DNA of 32,442 nt from the IMG/VR virus record IMGVR_UViG_3300020043_000497, positions 1-32,442 of that record. One strand, 5' to 3'. Both the position numbers and the translations under genes were made by a program. The stretch comes from a virus. Lineage: Duplodnaviria; Caudoviricetes. This document shows positions 27,314 through 32,442 of this stretch, piece by piece. A model generated the notes under the pieces. That model worked only from the letters and a program-made list of their open reading frames with translations. It was not told the origin of the DNA and did no database searches. Positions within the stretch are counted from its first letter, which is position 1, and every line of letters begins with the position of its first letter.

Positions 27314-29626
27314 ATGAATTTCATAGAATATATCACAAAACTAGCACCTGAGGGTGAAACAGCCCTTGTTGTCAAGCAAAAGCCACAATTAAAAGACGGT
27401 GAGCTACAGTTCCACGCTGATGGCGCTATCAAATGCACATGGCCTGCTTACCTACCTACGCACAACATGAAGACTAACGAGTCATGGTACGGTAACACCG
27501 GCTCATTCATTCTTGATCGTTTCGAAGATGGTCGTGTGTCTGCTTCTGCTGCCAACTGCGAGTATGTCCTAGTGATGATGCTCGATGACGTGGGCGACCC
27601 TGCCAAGACAACCAAGACGCCTGACCTGTTACCTACATGGATCATGGAAACGTCTGAGGGTTCGTATCAGTGGGGTTACGCCTTTTCTGAGCAGCCAACC
27701 AAGGGCGACTATACCGCAGCCATTAAAGCTATTGCTGAGGCTGGCTACTGCGACAAGGGCGCGACCAACGCCGTGCGTAACTTTCGCTTGCCTGGATCAA
27801 TCAACATCAAGCCAGGTCGTAACGCGTTCGCTGCTCGCTTGGTTGAGTTTCATCCTGAGCGTGAGTACGCATTAGCTGACATCTGCACCGCCCTAGACGT
27901 TGTGCCTGCTGAGTCTGACACCACAGCTAACGCGCCGATTCGCCTAGCCGATACAGGTAAAGACACCGTTGTGTCGTGGATGAATGACAATGGCATGGTT
28001 TTGTCGCCGCCTAACGGTGAGGGCTGGATGGGTGTGATTTGTCCTAACCATGCCGAGCACACTGATGGCAACCCTGAGGCTAGATACAAGCCACTTGATC
28101 GTTCATTCTGTTGCCTGCATTCACATTGCATCGATCTTGACACCAACACGTTTTTAAAATGGGTTGCTGAGAATGACGGACCTAAAGTAACGGCTGGCCT
28201 ACGTGATGAGCTATTGGCCGCTGTCATGGAGCAGACGCTGTCTAAGCTAACGCCGTCTGAGATGTTCACCGATGACGCCGACGCGCGCATCGCTGAGATT
28301 GAGCGTAAAGAGCTTGGCCGGATTGAAAAAGACTCCTGGTATGAGCGCTTTGCGTACATTCAGGATGATGAGTCTTACTTTGATTTACAAGATCGCCGTG
28401 AGATCAGTCGCTCTACATTTAACGCGCTTTTTAGACATATCTCCTGTAAATCTATACACACAGGGCGCCGAGTCGAAGCCTCTGTTTGTTTTGATGAGAA
28501 CCGCCAGGCTAACGGCGCCAAAGCGCTTGTTGGTGTCACTTACGCTGCCGGTGAGTCTGTGCTCGTGTCACGTGACGGTGATCTGTACGGCAACCGCTGG
28601 CGCGATGCACGGCCACCAATCGGAGCAGATGCGCCTGTCGAAGATATTTCCATTTGGCTTGATCACTGCGAAAAATTAGTTCCTGAAAAATCCGAGTTGA
28701 ACCACCTGTTCGATATCATGGCGTTTAAAGTTCAACACCCTGAGATCAAGATCAATCATGCTGTTCTTCATGCTGGTGATGAGGGTAGCGGAAAAGACAC
28801 CTTTTGGGCGCCGTTTATCTGGGCCGTCTGTGGGCCACACCTTAAAAACCGCGGCATCATGGATAATAACTCGATCAATTCGCAATGGGGCTACCAATTG
28901 GAGTCGGAGATCCTGTTGATCAACGAATTAAAAGAACCGGACGCGGCCACCCGTCGCCAATTAGCGAACCAATTAAAACCAATCATAGCCGCGCCGCCTG
29001 AAATGTTACCTATCAATCGTAAGGGATTGCACCCGTACATGATGGCCAATCGCCTGTTCGTGCTGGCCTTTAGTAATGATCCCGTCCCTATTTCTTTGGC
29101 CTCCCAGGATCGCCGCTGGTTTTGTATTTGGTCCAGCGCGGCCCGAATCGATGCGCCTGTCGCTCAGAAAATCTGGAACTGGTATAGGGCGGGCGGCTTT
29201 GCAGCAATCGCGCGCTGGTTATATGCCCGCGACGTGTCGCAATTTAACCCGGCCGCCGCGCCGCCTATGACTGAATTTAAAATGAATCTAGTAGAGCACG
29301 GAATGAGTATGGCCGAGTCTTACCTGGTTGAAATGATGCGCAATCGTACCGGGGATTTTTCCCGTGGGGTTATCGGATCTCCATTTCATAGCCTATGCGA
29401 TCGTCTGGCCGGATCCGCGCCTAGTGGCGTCAAAATACCCCAAGCGGCCCTGCTTCATGCGCTTAAAGAATCCGGCTGGCAGGATTGCGGGCGCCTCATG
29501 TCGCGCGATTATCCAAGCAAAAAACATATATTTTGCGCCCCGGATCTTGTGGACGTGCTAAGTAAATCGGAATTAAGGCGCGCCGTTGAGGAGGCCCCAG
29601 CGCCCGCCCTAGTACGCGTAAAGTAA
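27314..29626 (+). CDS. Primase-helicase (RepB-like primase, Zn-binding linker, SF3/DUF5906-like helicase)
   Basis: MLDDVG, METSEGSYQWGY and RNFRLP primase motifs; CPNHAEH...CLHSHC; Walker A GDEGSGKDT; LLINE; FSN. Confidence 0.88.
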   Translation: MNFIEYITKLAPEGETALVVKQKPQLKDGELQFHADGAIKCTWPAYLPTHNMKTNESWYGNTGSFILDRFEDGRVSASAANCEYVLVMMLDDVGDPAKTTKTPDLLPTWIMETSEGSYQWGYAFSEQPTKGDYTAAIKAIAEAGYCDKGATNAVRNFRLPGSINIKPGRNAFAARLVEFHPEREYALADICTALDVVPAESDTTANAPIRLADTGKDTVVSWMNDNGMVLSPPNGEGWMGVICPNHAEHTDGNPEARYKPLDRSFCCLHSHCIDLDTNTFLKWVAENDGPKVTAGLRDELLAAVMEQTLSKLTPSEMFTDDADARIAEIERKELGRIEKDSWYERFAYIQDDESYFDLQDRREISRSTFNALFRHISCKSIHTGRRVEASVCFDENRQANGAKALVGVTYAAGESVLVSRDGDLYGNRWRDARPPIGADAPVEDISIWLDHCEKLVPEKSELNHLFDIMAFKVQHPEIKINHAVLHAGDEGSGKDTFWAPFIWAVCGPHLKNRGIMDNNSINSQWGYQLESEILLINELKEPDAATRRQLANQLKPIIAAPPEMLPINRKGLHPYMMANRLFVLAFSNDPVPISLASQDRRWFCIWSSAARIDAPVAQKIWNWYRAGGFAAIARWLYARDVSQFNPAAAPPMTEFKMNLVEHGMSMAESYLVEMMRNRTGDFSRGVIGSPFHSLCDRLAGSAPSGVKIPQAALLHALKESGWQDCGRLMSRDYPSKKHIFCAPDLVDVLSKSELRRAVEEAPAPALVRVK

Positions 29627-29650
29627 AAAAAGGCCCGCAATGAGCGGGCC
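29625..29650 (-). terminator. Intrinsic terminator ending the leftward operon
   Basis: GGCCCGC-N5-GCGGGCC preceded by A7 on the plus strand (U7 on minus), between convergent genes. Confidence 0.75.
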
Positions 29651-29678
29651 AAAAAAACTACAGGGTATAAGGTAAAAA

Positions 29679-29741
29679 TTAAAGATCTAATAAAATCACT
29701 AGTACGGCGGCAATCGTTAAGGCCCCGATCAATACAATCAT
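29679..29741 (-). CDS. 20-aa hydrophobic peptide (MIVLIGALTIAAVLVILLDL)
   Basis: Translated by hand. ATGA-coupled, with an AGGAGG SD; ends just before the terminator. Confidence 0.55.
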   Translation of the reverse strand: MIVLIGALTIAAVLVILLDL

Positions 29742-29875
29742 TGGCGGGCCTCCTGTATCACGTGGGCCGCTTGGCCCGTGATCGTCTGGTAAGTTATAGC
29801 AGCAATAAGGGCCGCGCTGGCGCTATCATAGGCGCCCAGCAGCGCATTGTCTGGCGCGTATACGTTATATATCAT
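29738..29875 (-). CDS. Hypothetical protein (45 aa, MIYNVYAPDNALLGAY...)
   Basis: Translated by hand. GAGGA SD; tightly packed. Confidence 0.65.
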   Translation of the reverse strand: MIYNVYAPDNALLGAYDSASAALIAAITYQTITGQAAHVIQEARQ

Positions 29876-29877
29876 TT

Positions 29878-29988
29878 TTAAATTTCCTCTAATTTAGATT
29901 TTCCGGCCAGCTTGGCCGCCTGGTAATAATTGGCCGCCCAGATAAAATAGGGCGCGCCGCGCTTTGGGGTTACTTTGTATTTAGTCAT
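29878..29988 (-). CDS. Hypothetical protein (36 aa, MTKYKVTPKRGAPYFIWAANYYQAA...)
   Basis: Translated by hand. GGAGG SD; 8-nt overlap with the upstream gene. Confidence 0.6.
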   Translation of the reverse strand: MTKYKVTPKRGAPYFIWAANYYQAAKLAGKSKLEEI

Positions 29989-30265
29989 CGAATTGCGCCT
30001 CCACTAGATCCGCGCAGGCAATCCACAAAAGGCGCATTAAATTGTCGGCATGGTTTGATAATTCCGTACTATCCCAGCCGCCTGTTTCTTTTAATTCACT
30101 GGCCACAATGGCCGGATCAAGGGCGGCCAATTGCTTAGCAATGGCCGGATCGTGCATTAATGCCGCTATATCATCATCGCACGGCCCAGGGTGATAACCA
30201 CGGCCCGCGGCCTCCTGGCTTAGGTTTAATTCAATACGGCCGCTGCTGCTGCTCCAAATATTCAT
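29981..30265 (-). CDS. Acidic hypothetical early protein (94 aa)
   Basis: TAATG-coupled, with an AGGAG SD. Contains ELKETGGWD..EL..HADNLMRLLWIA. Confidence 0.75.
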   Translation of the reverse strand: MNIWSSSSGRIELNLSQEAAGRGYHPGPCDDDIAALMHDPAIAKQLAALDPAIVASELKETGGWDSTELSNHADNLMRLLWIACADLVEAQFDD

Positions 30266-30954
30266 TATTTAATCTCCTGGATAGTAAAAACACGGGCCGC
30301 CTTTTTGGCGCTGGTACCATGCGCGGGAAATCCCACAATCACGGATCGATCACGGACGGCGCACAATTTGCACGTGGCGCACGATATCCCGTCGCGGATC
30401 GTGGCCGGGCATACTACTATTTGACGGCCGCCTGGTGTTTTTAAATTGGTTTTTTGCTGAATTGGTAACACGGTCACGACGGGCCCGATATCCAAGGCCG
30501 CTAAATCATCGGCATGGCCTGGCGTATTGGCGCTTAAATTGACAGTGAGGCCCCAGTCATTGGCGCCCTTGATATAGGCGGCATTTTTACCATTGGCCGG
30601 ATTGTAGTGCGTATAAGTAAAGCCGCGGCGGCCTTTATTGGCCTTTACTAGATCTCCCAGCGCCGCGCCGTTGATTTCTAGGCCATTGCCTGGTAAATCC
30701 CCGGCTTGATTGTGGCGCCACAATTGGCCGTCCGGTAATGATGCGATATCGTTACAAAATTGATCCCAGCTTGTACCACGGGCGCCGCTAGTCACGGCCG
30801 CCCAATGTAGGGCCAATGGCCCGCTGCTAGCATAGCATCCGTTTTTATTATTAAACGGGCATTCCGGCGGGCACGTGGCCGCGCTTGTGGTACTCACTGG
30901 AATAGGGCCGGTTTTTGCATTGGCCGATTTAGGGGTTAAATGTACATTTATCAT
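30265..30954 (-). CDS. Cys-rich putative Fe-S enzyme (phage gp88-like / radical-SAM-like)
   Basis: SANAKTG..TCPPECPF...GCYA, WRHNQAGD, FTYTH, VNLSAN and CPA...CATCKLC...FPAHG. Confidence 0.65.
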   Translation of the reverse strand: MINVHLTPKSANAKTGPIPVSTTSAATCPPECPFNNKNGCYASSGPLALHWAAVTSGARGTSWDQFCNDIASLPDGQLWRHNQAGDLPGNGLEINGAALGDLVKANKGRRGFTYTHYNPANGKNAAYIKGANDWGLTVNLSANTPGHADDLAALDIGPVVTVLPIQQKTNLKTPGGRQIVVCPATIRDGISCATCKLCAVRDRSVIVGFPAHGTSAKKAARVFTIQEIK

Positions 30955-30956
30955 AA

Positions 30957-31163
30957 TTAATCTAATCCCCAGTAGTTGATTTTTACAATGGCGCCGCCCG
31001 TGGCCGGATCGATTGCGCGAGAGATATTAGGCATAGCCCAGCGATCGATTGAGTCATAAACCCGCTTGATCTCAAGATCCAGCGCTTCAAAATCGGCCGG
31101 ATCCGTGGCCTTGATTACATAAATGCCGCCCGCGCTTTTTGGTACATGGTTTATTGTGATCAT
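30957..31163 (-). CDS. Hypothetical protein (68 aa)
   Basis: ATGA-coupled ORF in the operon. Confidence 0.7.
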   Translation of the reverse strand: MITINHVPKSAGGIYVIKATDPADFEALDLEIKRVYDSIDRWAMPNISRAIDPATGGAIVKINYWGLD

Positions 31164-31660
31164 TTTTCCGCGCCTCCAATATGGATAAATTCAAGGCGCC
31201 CAGCGTCGCGCATATAGTCAATCAATAATCCACTAGTGGCCGGCTTTTGGTACGGCGCGCCCGTTAACTGGTACGGCTTATCCCAGCGGCCAATATTTAG
31301 ATCCATATAATAGGCCGTGTCGAAATAATCGATCATTGCATCGGATCGATCATAATAATCCGCGGCCTTTAATGCATCGGCGCATTGCGTCAAGATATCG
31401 GCATAAATACCGGAAAAATGATCATTGATCCAATATAAATTTACCTGGAGATTTTTAATCTCGCGGCCAGGGATGCTAGTGAATTTATCCCCAGTAACGG
31501 CGCTAAAATTACCGATAAAATCCAGCGGGCCGGCCAATATTGTGCAGCTTATTGACATATGATTTTTAACGGCCAATGAGTACTTAAACCCGGCCGGCTT
31601 CAATACCTTATCCAATGCCGCCTTAATTACGGCCTTTTTTGCTTGATTCATATAAGCCAT
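31160..31660 (-). CDS. Phage early protein with SDAMIDYFD motif (possibly LPD29-related)
   Basis: YYDRSDAMIDYFDTAYYMDLNIGRWDKPY; GGAGG SD. The family link is from recall only. Confidence 0.65.
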   Translation of the reverse strand: MAYMNQAKKAVIKAALDKVLKPAGFKYSLAVKNHMSISCTILAGPLDFIGNFSAVTGDKFTSIPGREIKNLQVNLYWINDHFSGIYADILTQCADALKAADYYDRSDAMIDYFDTAYYMDLNIGRWDKPYQLTGAPYQKPATSGLLIDYMRDAGRLEFIHIGGAEK

Positions 31661-31662
31661 GA

Positions 31663-31968
31663 TTAGATAGCCTCCATTTTTTTAGCCCAGGCGCGGCCGT
31701 GATTATCAATAACTAACTTTTTGCTCCCTTTTGTACCTGGCGCGACATCATCGCGCGAAGGGATAATATTTCCGTAATAATCGCGGCATTGTTCGCGGCC
31801 TAACATACAAAAGCCGGACGATAGCGCCTCCATTGCGGCGCGGCCATACGATCCCTGCATTTTCCAGGCCATGCCGGAATTGATAGCGCGCTGCATGGCG
31901 CTGTAATATTCCAAATTTGTGCAGGTAATTTCACCCTCAATAAGATCAATATCATTTAAAGTTAACAT
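31663..31968 (-). CDS. Hypothetical early protein with AWKMQGSYGR motif
   Basis: GGAGG SD. Contains QRAINSGMAWKMQGSYGRAA..L..G.C. Confidence 0.75.
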   Translation of the reverse strand: MLTLNDIDLIEGEITCTNLEYYSAMQRAINSGMAWKMQGSYGRAAMEALSSGFCMLGREQCRDYYGNIIPSRDDVAPGTKGSKKLVIDNHGRAWAKKMEAI

Positions 31969-32085
31969 TTAAAAGCCTCCAGTACGTACGATGTAAGTAA
32001 GCGCTAAAACGGCGCCAATGAATGCGCCCAAAAGGGCGCTTAGGATTACGTCAATATTGCGGGTTTTTTGCTCTTGTTTAGTCAT
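31969..32085 (-). CDS. Small single-TM protein (38 aa, MTKQEQKTRNIDVILSALLG...; start revised)
   Basis: ATG at 32085 follows the upstream stop by 2 nt. Hydrophobic helix. Confidence 0.65.
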   Translation of the reverse strand: MTKQEQKTRNIDVILSALLGAFIGAVLALTYIVRTGGF

Positions 32086-32087
32086 GA

Positions 32088-32195
32088 TTAGGCCGCCTTG
32101 ATCAATAGATAAGTAACACCAAAAACGGGATATAACATTAAAGCCGCCAAAGCAGCACAAATACCAATTTGTATGAAATCTTCTAATTTAGTCAT
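32088..32195 (-). CDS. Small single-TM protein (35 aa, MTKLEDFIQIGICAALAALMLYPVFG...), not in ORF track
   Basis: Translated by hand. Preceded by TAAAGTAAAGGG; first visible gene of the operon. Confidence 0.65.
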   Translation of the reverse strand: MTKLEDFIQIGICAALAALMLYPVFGVTYLLIKAA

Positions 32196-32230
32196 TTTTT
32201 TACCCTTTACTTTAGTTTATTAATAACGGC

Positions 32231-32341
32231 CATGTAGTCATGTGATCCGAAGCCGGGCGCCGTAATGTTAAAAGCTGGGGGGCGCCTGGTTAAATGTTAG
32301 TCATGTAGTCAAATAGTTTTAGTATGACTACATGACTAACA
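32231..32341. repeat. 17-bp perfect inverted repeat built from TAGTCATG units, plus a partial third copy
   Basis: TGTTAGTCATGTAGTCA (32295-32311), a 13-nt AT-rich spacer, then TGACTACATGACTAACA (32325-32341). CATGTAGTCATGT at 32231-32243. Confidence 0.9.
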
Positions 32342-32442
32342 ATCGAAAAGATTTTTTCAAATCCCCTACAAAGCGGGGGTATTATTGGTATTTGATTAGG
32401 CTTCTGGTATTGATGACGTGATATGGTCAGTCGGCGCGGGTT

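Noticed and set aside
1-32442. tRNA/rRNA genes, IS elements, integrase, alternative genetic code
   Set aside because: None was recognised by eye. The standard code gives dense, coupled, full-length genes. A tRNA scan was not run.

Overview
The window is a continuous segment of a tailed dsDNA phage, most likely a podovirus. The portal gene is cut off at the left edge, and no terminase or integrase is in view. 1-17.3 kb (+) is a P22-like virion module: portal C-terminus, Dps/ferritin-like protein, scaffold, gp5-type coat, gp4/gp10-like tail proteins, a fibre/tailspike block and three ejection proteins. 17.3-20.4 kb (+) is a lysis region (3-TM holin, GH108 endolysin) containing an unexplained three-gene envelope-protein cassette. 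20.3-23.3 kb (-) holds VRR-NUC, an SNF2-type helicase and small coupled ORFs. 23.4-29.6 kb (+) is an APSE/BPP-1-like replication operon (Cas4-like nuclease, putative SSB, family A polymerase, primase-helicase) read from back-to-back sigma70 promoters. 29.7-32.2 kb (-) is a probable early operon, followed by a 17-bp inverted repeat. The strongest unexplained signal is a switch in oligonucleotide usage over the last ~3.5 kb, starting inside the primase gene: palindromes such as GGCC and GATC become strongly enriched, while asymmetric words such as CAAC/GTTG and GAAC/GTTC almost vanish. Product calls come from motifs and synteny, and counts are by hand; no searches were run.
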